Positions 8,450 to 17,652 of a DNA stretch of 43,420 nucleotides are shown here, piece after piece. The notes beneath the pieces are model-generated. The model made no database searches. It was not told the DNA's origin and saw nothing but the letters and a program-made list of their open reading frames with translations. Both the position numbers and the translations under genes were made by a program. This DNA comes from Kagunavirus LM02P1. Where the stretch lies: the sequence record OZ035819.1. One strand, 5' to 3'. Positions within the stretch are counted from its first letter, which is position 1; each line of letters opens with the position of its first letter.

Positions 8450-8952
8450 TTGTAGAAACAGGTCAAATTGTAGATGGGGCCGATTCGTACATCTCGCTAG
8501 CTGACGCCCGCGCGTTAGCGGCTAATTATGGCCTGGAGTTGCCGGAAGACGATACCGCCGCCGAAGTAGCCTTGCGCAACGGTGCTACTTATGTAGGGCT
8601 TGCAGAACCGCAGATGTGCGGTCGTCGAGTATCCGCAGAGCAGTCTCTTGCGTACCCCCGTACCGGCATTACGTTAAATGGGTTCCCTGTAGCGAACAAT
8701 GTCATTCCGAAGCAGGTAATTCTTGCGCAGGTAATCGCCGCCGTTACGTATGGCGCAGGCACCGAAGTGCGCGCCAACTCAGACGGTCGTTCCGTGCAGA
8801 CGGAGCGTGTAGAGGGTGCAGTAACGGTGACATACTTCAACAACGGCAACAGTGGTGCTACGACCTCGATCACCGCTGCGGACGACGCTTTACGCCCGCT
8901 ACTGTGTGGCGGTCTTAATAATGGTTTCTCGTTTAATGTGTACCGGGGTTAA
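8443..8952 (+). CDS. structural protein, head-tail connector region (function unassigned)
   Basis: 169-aa ORF in the connector block between capsid and tail genes. Confidence 0.4.
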   Translation: MLIVETGQIVDGADSYISLADARALAANYGLELPEDDTAAEVALRNGATYVGLAEPQMCGRRVSAEQSLAYPRTGITLNGFPVANNVIPKQVILAQVIAAVTYGAGTEVRANSDGRSVQTERVEGAVTVTYFNNGNSGATTSITAADDALRPLLCGGLNNGFSFNVYRG

Positions 8953-8954
8953 AA

Positions 8955-9569
8955 ATGGCTAAGACTAAAACAGAGATATTTACGCTAATCGGTTCAGAGC
9001 TACCCGACAACACAACCGGGCTTATCACTCCAGCGAAGTTACGCACGGTACTAACACAGATGGCAGACTCACCTATTTACGCCACTCCAGGCGTTAAAGA
9101 GGTTGAAGTTCTGCGCGCTGCGTCGACCGTAACACAAGCGCCCACCGCAGTAGATACAGCATTGCAGTTAACTTTCGGCTCCGCCCAGGGAAGCGCATCT
9201 GACCCGGTAATGATTAATGCTGCTGGGCTGGTTACGTTCAACACTGCGGGTAACTACGCCGTTCGAATCAAGTTACAGGCTGGTCGTACAGGGGCCAGCG
9301 GCACGTCTATCCTGCTATCGCGCATCCTCGTCAACGGCGCTCAGTACGGCTCGCCCGCCGCCACTAAACTGGTAAGCGCCGACATGACAATCCCGATTGA
9401 GTCTCGCGTCGTTATTAACCCGACCGCAGGCCAGACGTTTGCCGTTCAGATTATGCGGGACAGCGCCGGGAGTGACTTCGGCGGTGTATACCCACAAGCG
9501 GCTACTGTAGCCTCATGGGGTACCGCCCCGTCAGCACTACTGGTTATCTCGAGACTGGAGGCAGCCTGA
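8955..9569 (+). CDS. structural protein (204 aa, function unassigned)
   Basis: Position in connector block; RBS upstream; no diagnostic motif recognised. Confidence 0.4.
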   Translation: MAKTKTEIFTLIGSELPDNTTGLITPAKLRTVLTQMADSPIYATPGVKEVEVLRAASTVTQAPTAVDTALQLTFGSAQGSASDPVMINAAGLVTFNTAGNYAVRIKLQAGRTGASGTSILLSRILVNGAQYGSPAATKLVSADMTIPIESRVVINPTAGQTFAVQIMRDSAGSDFGGVYPQAATVASWGTAPSALLVISRLEAA

Positions 9570-9928
9570 TGGGCACCGCTTTCAGTAGACGTATGCAAGG
9601 CGTGGGCACACGCCTGCTAACCAAATTCGGTAGCACGGTATCTCTGGTTCGCGCTGGATCGAAAGTGTGGGATGAAGTTCTCGGTGAGTACATCTGGTCC
9701 GCAGACGAAGTGTTGCCGTTGAAGGCCGTTCCGGTCCCTGTTAACGCAGGACTGGTAAACGGTACGACGATTCAGGCGGGCGACATGATTGTTAAAGCCG
9801 ATTGCAGTGTCGTTCCTAAGATGGAAGACAAGGTGCAATTCGGCGGCGAGCAATGGTCTGTCGTAGCCATTGAGAAGAAGATGGTTAACGATGATGTCGT
9901 GGCCTACTTTATTCAGGTGAGAAAATGA
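9569..9928 (+). CDS. head-tail joining/adaptor protein (putative)
   Basis: ATG at 9569 preceded by GGAGG and overlapping upstream stop by 1 nt; ~119 aa; position. Confidence 0.4.
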   Translation: MGTAFSRRMQGVGTRLLTKFGSTVSLVRAGSKVWDEVLGEYIWSADEVLPLKAVPVPVNAGLVNGTTIQAGDMIVKADCSVVPKMEDKVQFGGEQWSVVAIEKKMVNDDVVAYFIQVRK

Positions 9929-10323
9929 GTTTCGCGCTTGATGTCTCTAAGTTCGTGGAAAAGGCGAAGAAGAATACCGAGAAGGTGATGCGTCAGGTGT
10001 CTATCAAGCTGTTTTCCGCTATCATAAAGGCGAGTCCGGTAGATACAGGCCGCTTTCGTATGAACTGGATGGTATCTGGCGGCACTCCTGCTTTCGGGGT
10101 TACAGATGCTACGGATAAATCAGGAAACGCCGCAATCGGAAACGCTACAAGTTTCGTACTGAAAGCAGCAGACTGGCACGAGTTCACGCTGACAAATAAT
10201 CTGCCGTATGCGCAACGGTTGGAGTACGGCCATTGGTCGAAACAGGCCCCACAAGGCATGGTCAGGATAAATGTGTCTCGCTTCCAGCAACTCATTAACG
10301 AAGAAGCCAACAAGGTGAAATGA
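9925..10323 (+). CDS. HK97 gp10-family head-tail connector/tail completion protein
   Basis: 132 aa; family-like motifs SPVDTGRFRMNW and NNLPYAQRLEYGHWSKQAPQGMV. Confidence 0.6.
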   Translation: MSFALDVSKFVEKAKKNTEKVMRQVSIKLFSAIIKASPVDTGRFRMNWMVSGGTPAFGVTDATDKSGNAAIGNATSFVLKAADWHEFTLTNNLPYAQRLEYGHWSKQAPQGMVRINVSRFQQLINEEANKVK

Positions 10324-10736
10324 TGGGCTACTTTGAGGACTTAACCAAAGCGTTCGATGTGCCGCTGGTAGCCTTCGGAACCACCAACGGCATCAAGGTC
10401 GCGCTTGAGAACATTGACGCGCCGACGTCAACCAATACGCCGTATCTGGCGAGTTACATGTTGCTGGCGGATACCGAGCAGGCGGATTTGTTCTTCACGG
10501 AACAACGCGCCGGTGTTTATCAGGTAGACATTAACTACGCATCGGTGAAAGGTAGCGCGCCAATCAATAAAATGGCAGACTTACTTAACACGGCGTTTAA
10601 AGCAGGTAAGTCATTTTCACGTAACGACATCTGCGCCGAGGTTCAATCGGTTAGCCTGGGGCCGCTGATTGTAGAAAACGGATGGGCCAAAAGACCATTG
10701 TCAATTAACTTTATTGCATTCACCAAGAGGCTGTGA
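10320..10736 (+). CDS. tail completion/terminator protein (putative)
   Basis: 138-aa ORF between gp10-like gene and major tail gene; ATGA overlap. Confidence 0.4.
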   Translation: MMGYFEDLTKAFDVPLVAFGTTNGIKVALENIDAPTSTNTPYLASYMLLADTEQADLFFTEQRAGVYQVDINYASVKGSAPINKMADLLNTAFKAGKSFSRNDICAEVQSVSLGPLIVENGWAKRPLSINFIAFTKRL

Positions 10737-11905
10737 ATATGGCTACAACTCCTTTTAAGGGCGCGACTACCGCGCAATTCTATGTGGCGGAAGTCACCCC
10801 GGGCGTAACACCGACTAACCCGGTATGGTCGCCGTTGCGTAACACAGGTGGCGTTCCTGCGATCACCCGCGACACGCTGACCTCCAACGAACTGGACGGC
10901 AGCCGTGAAACTACATCCATCCGCACCGGTAACAAACAGGTTAGCGGAGAATACGCCATCGAGCTTAGCTCGAAAAGCCAGGACGACTGGCTGGCGGGTG
11001 CTTTAGGCTCTACGTGGCAATCTGGTGTTTCCCTGTCCAGTCTGTCGATTACGGTCGCACCGGCGGGCAAGACGTTCACCCGTGCTGATGGCAGCTTTAT
11101 TACTGACGGCGTTGAAGTGGGCGACCTGATCGCGTTTACCGACTTGACGGGCGACAACGCAAAACCGTTTATCGTTACTGCGGTAGAGGCACTGGTAGTT
11201 ACCGGTGCGGGTATTCAACACACTCTGACCACCGAGACCGCTACTACCGCGGCTAAGACCGGCGACAAACTGGAAACTGGTAACGCGTGTAAGACGTTCT
11301 CTATCCTCACCTGGTACAAAGGCCAGTGCGGTGGGGCCGACGCGTACACACTGACCAAAGGTGTGGAAGTTTCTGGTTTCACTGTCGAGCAGGCTGTTAA
11401 CGCGATGGTAACAGGTAGCTTCCCGTTCATCGGACGTAGTCAGGAGATTCTCACCGAGCCGCCATCTGGTTCTGACTTCTCCTCTGTTACGTTTGGTGAT
11501 GAGCCGTTCTCCTCAGTTGACGTTTCTGTGTTCGATGGCTCTACGCCGTTGCGTTGCGATAGCCTTACCATCACCAACGACAACAGCGCGTCCGCACAGT
11601 TCGAACTCGGCAACACTAACGTTGCGTTTGTGGAACGTAGCCGCGCAGCTAACACCTTCTCCATCTCCGGTAAGCTGTATGACATGGCGATGATTCAGAA
11701 GTTTATCAACGAACAGCAGGTAGAGATTAACTCTATTCTGGCCGGGGTAAACGGTGCTATGTCTTTCAGCCTGAAACGTGCGGAACTTACGGCGGTTACG
11801 CCAGAGATTGGTGGGCCTGAGTCAATTACTCAGTCCATTGAAGGCCAGGCTACCGGTAACCAGTACCAGTCATCTATTGTTATTCAGCGTATCACCTACG
11901 CATAA
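10733..11905 (+). CDS. major tail protein (putative)
   Basis: 390-aa ORF, last structural gene before the chaperone/tape-measure block; followed by terminator. Confidence 0.5.
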   Translation: MNMATTPFKGATTAQFYVAEVTPGVTPTNPVWSPLRNTGGVPAITRDTLTSNELDGSRETTSIRTGNKQVSGEYAIELSSKSQDDWLAGALGSTWQSGVSLSSLSITVAPAGKTFTRADGSFITDGVEVGDLIAFTDLTGDNAKPFIVTAVEALVVTGAGIQHTLTTETATTAAKTGDKLETGNACKTFSILTWYKGQCGGADAYTLTKGVEVSGFTVEQAVNAMVTGSFPFIGRSQEILTEPPSGSDFSSVTFGDEPFSSVDVSVFDGSTPLRCDSLTITNDNSASAQFELGNTNVAFVERSRAANTFSISGKLYDMAMIQKFINEQQVEINSILAGVNGAMSFSLKRAELTAVTPEIGGPESITQSIEGQATGNQYQSSIVIQRITYA

Positions 11906-11909
11906 AACT

Positions 11910-11935
11910 AAGGCCCCTTCCGGGGCCTTTTTCTT
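11910..11935. terminator. bidirectional intrinsic terminator
   Basis: Hairpin AGGCCCC-ttcc-GGGGCCT followed by TTTTCTT; same hairpin family recurs at 4337, 22745, 25394 and 28778. Confidence 0.65.
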
Positions 11936-12107
11936 ATTCCTTCAATTGCATAGGGTAGAAGTTAACGAGTTCTCCTTTATCCCGAAGCTGTGAACATTCA
12001 TCTAACGCGTCTTCCTGGCTACTTACGGCATAGATATCATCCCACTCGTCCCATTCTTTGTCGTATACACGGATTACATATATTGTTTTCATTATAGTCT
12101 TACTCAT
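11934..12107 (-). CDS. small acidic protein (57 aa)
   Basis: ATG at 12107 with AGGAG RBS; D/E-rich (EWDEWDD...EDALDE); last gene of antisense island. Confidence 0.4.
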   Translation of the reverse strand: MSKTIMKTIYVIRVYDKEWDEWDDIYAVSSQEDALDECSQLRDKGELVNFYPMQLKE

Positions 12108-12330
12108 CAATATTACTCCTGTACTCCCGTAACTTCTCCAGACTTTCAATTGCTTCTGCCAAGTCTGTTCCGGTGTCCTTGTGACCCCGCAAGCCCATAC
12201 ACAGCAGTTTCTTTAAAGCATGCTGTAACGCCGGGTCGCGGATATCGAAGGCGCGCAGCACATCATAAACGTCTACTGTCATAGTGCTGCCGTGAGTGTT
12301 TGTCATTGTGCGGTTGTATTTATTTGTCAC
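12100..12330 (-). CDS. small hypothetical protein (76 aa from GTG; internal ATGs possible)
   Basis: Minus-strand ORF with overlapping start/stop coupling to neighbours. Confidence 0.4.
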   Translation of the reverse strand: MTNKYNRTMTNTHGSTMTVDVYDVLRAFDIRDPALQHALKKLLCMGLRGHKDTGTDLAEAIESLEKLREYRSNIDE

Positions 12331-12520
12331 TGTTAACTCTCTTAAATCTGGCTATGCCTGACTCGTTAATGTTGCCTATTTCAAAGAAGCTGCGATATTT
12401 AGGCGAATACATTTTTACATCGCCATTCTCTAGGGTGACCCCTTCATATACAGCACCTACTTCGAATCCATTTTTCTCCGCGTACGGACTAACCTCGGTA
12501 CATTCATACATGTCTTTCAT
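12320..12520 (-). CDS. small hypothetical protein (66 aa)
   Basis: ATG at 12520 overlaps the stop of 12517..13647 (ATGA coupling). Confidence 0.45.
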   Translation of the reverse strand: MKDMYECTEVSPYAEKNGFEVGAVYEGVTLENGDVKMYSPKYRSFFEIGNINESGIARFKRVNSDK

Positions 12521-13647
12521 CCCAGCATCTCCGGTGAAATAGTTAAACGTGCGACCTCGCCATATTCGGCGCTATAAGTAATTACATTTGCACTGCGGCC
12601 TGACATCCATCCGCCGCGGGAGGCGTAGGCGTCTTTAGCCGCTAAGGTGCGGTGTTGCTCAACAACCATGTTACGGCTTTCTACAATCTTCTGATGGTGC
12701 AGGTGGCCCACGTGGGCGTAGCTATAGGCACTCTCACCGAACGCTTTGCGGAACTTGGCAATCATAACCGGTTCGATAGCGTCGAAGCGTGCTTTATGTC
12801 CGTGATGAAAGAACAGCGTAGTTTTGCCGTGTTGTACCATCTTGTAAACATCCGGCGACGTATCGACGAACACACGCGGCTCGTTGTCGTACAGCGTACT
12901 GAACATCTCGGCTAACCAAATCATACCCGATTCGTCGTGGTTCCCTTGCACGATAAGCAGTCGGACGTTTTTATGTTTAACCAGTGCCATATCAACAACA
13001 CGGCGAACCATACGAATCATGTAGCGTACAAGTTTCTGATAGCGTGTGTCCGCATCAAGAACATGACCACTCGCTGGCGTAACTGCGTCCAGACTATCGA
13101 AGTGCGCAAGGTCGCCGAGCAGGTTAATAACTCCTGTTCCCGCGTCCGGTGCTTTCTGAAACGCCGCGTCGAACCATCGGGAGAACAGGTCTTCAGCAAT
13201 CTTCATATCCCAGTCGTCGCCGCTTTCATCGGCCCAGGCCAGCATACCGAGATGGAAATCAGATACCGTGTAAAGATTAAGTAGCTTGTCGTCGCGTTTG
13301 GCTCGAGTCGCTTTAACAGGCGCAACCGGCGTAATCTCTGACTTCATACCTTCGATTACGGCTTTCATCAACTCGACCTGACGTTCGGCGTCGGTGTCAG
13401 TCTTAACCCATTGCAGTTTGGTGTTGCCGAACTCATCCACCAGTGACGACGTCCCCTTAATCTTGTAGCCGTCCGGCACAAGGTGACTAACGTCGCGCCC
13501 GTGGCCTACGCCTTTCTTTGCCAGCTTCGCTTTACGGATACGAATAACGCGGTCTGAGATGCCGTATTTACGGGCGATGTCTACATTCTTCATCCCGGCG
13601 TTCAATTCTTCCTGTAACTGCTCGTCGGTTATTTTCTTCTGGGCCAT
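12517..13647 (-). CDS. HTH domain fused to calcineurin-like metallophosphoesterase (SbcD/Mre11-like or phosphodiesterase-like)
   Basis: 376 aa; N-terminal HTH NVDIARKYGISDRVIRIRKAKL; full metallophosphatase motif set SDFHLG, GDLAHFD, GNHDE, HHGH, GHLHH; RBS GAGGAAG. Confidence 0.7.
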   Translation of the reverse strand: MAQKKITDEQLQEELNAGMKNVDIARKYGISDRVIRIRKAKLAKKGVGHGRDVSHLVPDGYKIKGTSSLVDEFGNTKLQWVKTDTDAERQVELMKAVIEGMKSEITPVAPVKATRAKRDDKLLNLYTVSDFHLGMLAWADESGDDWDMKIAEDLFSRWFDAAFQKAPDAGTGVINLLGDLAHFDSLDAVTPASGHVLDADTRYQKLVRYMIRMVRRVVDMALVKHKNVRLLIVQGNHDESGMIWLAEMFSTLYDNEPRVFVDTSPDVYKMVQHGKTTLFFHHGHKARFDAIEPVMIAKFRKAFGESAYSYAHVGHLHHQKIVESRNMVVEQHRTLAAKDAYASRGGWMSGRSANVITYSAEYGEVARLTISPEMLG

Positions 13648-13685
13648 GCTTACTTCCTCGTGTTTAGGATTTGTCCTATACTAGC

Positions 13686-13892
13686 TCACTTCTCTTTGAC
13701 ATTCGAGTTGCACGCCCAGATTAAAATAAATACCCACGGCAGCAGAACCCAGCCAAGAAACAGATTAGCCATGAATATCGCTAATTTCGCTTTATGGTCG
13801 CGGAAATATGCAACCAGAAACGGCGCGAAATAAGCGAGCAGTGCAAACAGAATTAAGGAAACTGGTAAACTTGACATTTTAAACCCCTTCAT
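13686..13892 (-). CDS. small 2-TM membrane protein, superinfection-immunity (Imm)-like
   Basis: 68 aa; two hydrophobic helices around YFAPFLVAYFRDHKAKLAIFMANLFLGWVLLPWVFILIWA, matching the Imm-type signature as I recall it; first gene after promoter. Confidence 0.5.
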   Translation of the reverse strand: MKGFKMSSLPVSLILFALLAYFAPFLVAYFRDHKAKLAIFMANLFLGWVLLPWVFILIWACNSNVKEK

Positions 13893-13907
13893 TGTTGGTG
13901 TAAGTGA

Positions 13908-13936
13908 ATAGTACCCTATTATATTGGGGTGCGCAA
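13908..13936 (-). promoter_or_regulatory. sigma70-type promoter (TTGCGC-N17-TACTAT) for the antisense island
   Basis: Spacer identical to promoter at 4676-4704; sits 16 nt upstream of the ATG at 13892. Confidence 0.55.
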
Positions 13937-14043
13937 GTAATGTGATAGAATAATTTTGCGCCTAGTGTCGCACACGAAAAGCGGGTGGTTCCCGTCTGGC
14001 GCGTCAACCTTAACCTGTAACCTCTTAACCAAAGGATTAAAGA

Positions 14044-14460
14044 ATGAAACTTTCCGATTTTTATTACGAAGCTGAAGCTGAAAAGGGTGCACGTATGCCG
14101 ATACCATTAAAAGACGGTACCGATTCCGGGGAATGGCTTAATGTTGTTTCTCCTGAGGCAGACGTTGCCGTTAAGGCTATGCGCGCGTTCACCCTTGCAT
14201 ACCGGGCAGTGTTAGGGAAATTAAAACCGCTTCGTGATAAGTGCGAAGAGATGAAAGATTTCTCTGAATACAACCTGAAGATGGAAGACGCGGCGACGGA
14301 CCTTAACCGCCAGTTAGCACTTGAACTGGTTAACGGTTGGAGTCTCGACGATGAATTTAATAAAGAGAACCTGAATACTCTTTTCTCACAATATAAACGC
14401 CTCGCTGAACACGTTGTTGTTTTCCACAACGAACAGCTTCACCAATTGCAGGAAAAGTAG
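14044..14460 (+). CDS. tail assembly chaperone (G-like, putative)
   Basis: 138-aa acidic ORF immediately upstream of tape measure gene; RBS AAAGGA. Confidence 0.5.
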   Translation: MKLSDFYYEAEAEKGARMPIPLKDGTDSGEWLNVVSPEADVAVKAMRAFTLAYRAVLGKLKPLRDKCEEMKDFSEYNLKMEDAATDLNRQLALELVNGWSLDDEFNKENLNTLFSQYKRLAEHVVVFHNEQLHQLQEK

Positions 14461-14465
14461 ACGCG

Positions 14466-14825
14466 TTGCTCCAGTTTGCCCGTTGGAACTTCATAACCCG
14501 CCACAAACGGCAGGAGTTTGACAGTATTGCCGACGGGCATAAAGCCGCGCTAATTGCTATGGGGGTTATGCAAGATGCGCCGGAAGCAACGCAGGACACC
14601 GGGCCAGAATGCCCCCATGAGCTATTAACCACCTTCGAGAAGTACAGGGAAATCAAATTCACCCGCCGAGTTGACGACGATGGCATCAAGATGTACCCGC
14701 GCGAACAGTTAAGATGGTCAGATTTAGTGGCGTACAGTACCGTTTCAGGCCAGAATATAGACATGTTTGAATCTGACATCATCATGAGCTTAGACGCTAT
14801 TTTCGAGGGTAGAAACGATGGCTGA
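14466..14825 (+). CDS. second tail assembly chaperone ORF (T-like, putative)
   Basis: 119-aa ORF, TTG start without good RBS, -1 frame relative to upstream ORF and open from 14409; overlaps tape measure start. Confidence 0.35.
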   Translation: MLQFARWNFITRHKRQEFDSIADGHKAALIAMGVMQDAPEATQDTGPECPHELLTTFEKYREIKFTRRVDDDGIKMYPREQLRWSDLVAYSTVSGQNIDMFESDIIMSLDAIFEGRNDG

Positions 14826-17154
14826 TGTAGCTAGTTTAGTTGTAAAAGTATCGGAGCAAGGCGCGAAAGCTACATCGGACCGTCTTGATAATCTCTCCAA
14901 GTCGGCAAAGGTAGCCGGAGCTGCGGTAGCGGGCCTCGCTTCCATCGTCGCCGCTACCGCGTACAAGGCCGCACAGGAACTGGTAGACTCCCAACGGCAA
15001 CTGGACAAGATGTCCGCCAGCCTGAAAACACTAACCGGAAGCACGCAGGGTGCAAGACAGGCATTAAGCATCCTGCAAGACTTCGCGCGAGACACTCCGT
15101 ATGGCCTTGAACAGGCGGTAGAGGGATTCCGTAAACTGGTGGCTCTCGGCCTTACCCCCTCAGAAGAAGCGTTGCGATCCTATGGCAACACTGCCGCTGC
15201 TATGGGCAAAGACCTTAATCAGATGATTGAGGCCGTTGCGGACGCCAGTACATTTGAATTTGAGCGCCTTAAAGAATTCGGCATCAAGGCCAAGCAAAAC
15301 AAAGACGATGTTGAATTTACCTTCCAGGGCACCACTACGGTAGTTAAGAAGAGCGCTGCCGACATCGAGCAATACCTGCTCAACATTGGTAACGTAAACT
15401 TCGCGGGGGCTATGGCGGACCAGGCCAACACACTTAACGGGGCCATCGCCAGTGCCAGCGATTCCTGGTCACAGTTAAAAATGACACTGGCTACCAGCCT
15501 TGATGTTGGCGCTCTTGCGGAACCCATCCGGTACATCGATGATTTAATCCAGGAACTTAACGCACAGGTAGCATCCGGCGAACTCGCCGCTGAGATGCGT
15601 ATGTGGGGTGACATCGCGTCGGAAGTAGGAAGCGCGATAGAGATGTCGTTCGATGCGGCATTTGGTTTCGTAGGTGACGCGATAAACGGGCTGAATGAAC
15701 TTTGGGATTTTAGCAGTAAAAGCATCACAGACAGCGGCGAACAAACGGCGACAACCATCGCGGAATCAGCTGCCGATGCGCTCGATTTCATCGCAGAAGA
15801 ATTTACCGCGATGGAGCGATTCTTTGAAGATATGGTTAAAGGGGCACAGGACGCTGGCCGGTTGGTGAAAGCTGCCTTCACACCAGGGGAATCTGTAGAC
15901 GTAGCAAAAAACATTAACTTCCAGCTAGGGATGGCACTGGATACTCAGCGCGATGTTGCGGACCTGACCCGTAAAAGTTTCCGCGAACAGGTGGAGGCCC
16001 AGCAAAATATTGTCGCGCTTAAACGCGCAGCATATGACATCGACAAAGAAGCCGCTAAGGAAGAAGGGCTTAGTAAATTTAAGGTAACTGGTACTGGTGG
16101 CGGGTCCGAAGATGATAACGCTAGCGCAAAAGCCGCCAAGAAAGCTGCGGATGCGTTCGAGCGCCAGAAGAAAGCCGCTGAGGATTTCTACTACCAGTCG
16201 ATTCATCTCAATGATGACGTATTCCAGAAAATAGAAGCCAACCAGGAACAGCAGTTAACCAAGCTACAAGAGTTTTACGGCAATCAGCTTCTTAGCGACC
16301 AGCAATACGAGAACGCTAAAACTCAGATTATGCTGGAGGCGGACACCGCACGTCAGGAAGAACTCGCCAAGCGAGAGAAAGAACGACAGGAGAAGAACCA
16401 GAAAGGCGAAGACTTCATGGCTCAGATTATGGGCCAGAACGCCGCTGAGCTTGAGCTTCTGGAGATTCAGGAGCAACAAAAACTTGACGTTGCAGACAAA
16501 TACCGCGAACAGAACCTTATTAACGAGGAGCAGTACCAAGCAGCGGTTAACGCGATAAATGACCAGTACGCATTGAAACGCGCCAACGCGACAGGTAATG
16601 CTTTCGGGATGATGGCGGATAATATTAAGTCGTCTCTCGGCGAAGCGTCTACGGCGTACAAAGCGTTTGCTATCGCCCAGGCCACCATAGCCACATACAC
16701 ATCCGCTATAGAGGCATATAAGTCCGCGTCCGCGATTCCTATTGTCGGCTGGGTGCTCGGCCCGGTGGCTGCTGCCGCAGCCGTAGCAGCGGGTCTGGCG
16801 AACATTGGTAAGATTCGCTCCGCACGTGAACAGGGGGGTAACCTAGCCGCCGGTCAGTTATCTACCATCGCAGAACGAAACAAACCAGAAGTTATCATGC
16901 CAGCAGGCGCATCGCGTGTTCGCACCGCACAGCAAATGAAAGAGATTATGGGCGAGAACGGCAACAAGTCAGGCGGTGACAGCGTTACAATCGTCAACAA
17001 CACCACCGGACGTGTTGATTCCGCCGTTACAGAGCGTGACGACGAAGGGCGGTTACGTGTTATCATCAGCGAAACAGTATCGGCGGCGTTACAAGACAGC
17101 AACAGTGCAATCTCTAAGTCACGCCGTGCTACACGAAACCAGCCGGGGTATTAA
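14818..17154 (+). CDS. tail tape measure protein
   Basis: 778 aa; alpha-helical, A/Q/E-rich; largest gene in the tail block, preceded by chaperone pair. Confidence 0.8.
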   Translation: MADVASLVVKVSEQGAKATSDRLDNLSKSAKVAGAAVAGLASIVAATAYKAAQELVDSQRQLDKMSASLKTLTGSTQGARQALSILQDFARDTPYGLEQAVEGFRKLVALGLTPSEEALRSYGNTAAAMGKDLNQMIEAVADASTFEFERLKEFGIKAKQNKDDVEFTFQGTTTVVKKSAADIEQYLLNIGNVNFAGAMADQANTLNGAIASASDSWSQLKMTLATSLDVGALAEPIRYIDDLIQELNAQVASGELAAEMRMWGDIASEVGSAIEMSFDAAFGFVGDAINGLNELWDFSSKSITDSGEQTATTIAESAADALDFIAEEFTAMERFFEDMVKGAQDAGRLVKAAFTPGESVDVAKNINFQLGMALDTQRDVADLTRKSFREQVEAQQNIVALKRAAYDIDKEAAKEEGLSKFKVTGTGGGSEDDNASAKAAKKAADAFERQKKAAEDFYYQSIHLNDDVFQKIEANQEQQLTKLQEFYGNQLLSDQQYENAKTQIMLEADTARQEELAKREKERQEKNQKGEDFMAQIMGQNAAELELLEIQEQQKLDVADKYREQNLINEEQYQAAVNAINDQYALKRANATGNAFGMMADNIKSSLGEASTAYKAFAIAQATIATYTSAIEAYKSASAIPIVGWVLGPVAAAAAVAAGLANIGKIRSAREQGGNLAAGQLSTIAERNKPEVIMPAGASRVRTAQQMKEIMGENGNKSGGDSVTIVNNTTGRVDSAVTERDDEGRLRVIISETVSAALQDSNSAISKSRRATRNQPGY

Positions 17155-17157
17155 CCA

Positions 17158-17652
17158 ATGAGTGATTTGAGATTCCCTATGTCCCTTCGACCAATAGTGT
17201 CGAAGGGGTACTCCCAAACGCGAGGGAGTAATATCTGGCGTACAGAAGTGCAAGGCGGCGTTCCGCGTCAGGGCCGAGACACATACTTCGAACCGGTGCC
17301 GATTAGCGTTACCCTGGTTGTGTCGTCACTAGGCCGCCAGGCTTTCTATAGCTTTCTGAATAACATAGACGGCGGGGCGTCTTCGTTCATCATGCCTCAC
17401 GATACCGGTTTAGGTATCGAAGACCACCAGGTTCTTATTACGTCTGATATTAGCGATAGCACTGACGATGGTAAGAACTGGGTGATTACGTTCACAGCCA
17501 CCGCGGAGCGGACTGCGATTCAGGAAGACACATGTCTTACTAAGAATCTACCGGATTTGTTTGGTTGTTATGGTGATTGCTTGGGTGGGTTCCTTAAAGC
17601 ATACGGAACCGCGCAGTCAACGTTTCCACGAATTTGGGACCCTATGCAATGA
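17158..17652 (+). CDS. minor tail protein (lambda M-like)
   Basis: 164 aa; KGYSQTRG and FYSFLNNIDGGASSF resemble the lambda gpM pattern; follows tape measure. Confidence 0.5.
   Translation: MSDLRFPMSLRPIVSKGYSQTRGSNIWRTEVQGGVPRQGRDTYFEPVPISVTLVVSSLGRQAFYSFLNNIDGGASSFIMPHDTGLGIEDHQVLITSDISDSTDDGKNWVITFTATAERTAIQEDTCLTKNLPDLFGCYGDCLGGFLKAYGTAQSTFPRIWDPMQ

Noticed and set aside
14409-14460. Possible -1 programmed frameshift joining the two tail chaperone ORFs
   Set aside because: The downstream frame is open across the last 52 nt of the upstream ORF, but I found no canonical X-XXY-YYZ slippery heptamer; left as two ORFs.
15219-15914. 231-aa minus-strand ORF inside the tape measure gene
   Set aside because: Shadow ORF antisense to the tape measure protein; low-complexity Ser/Ala-rich product, no start context.
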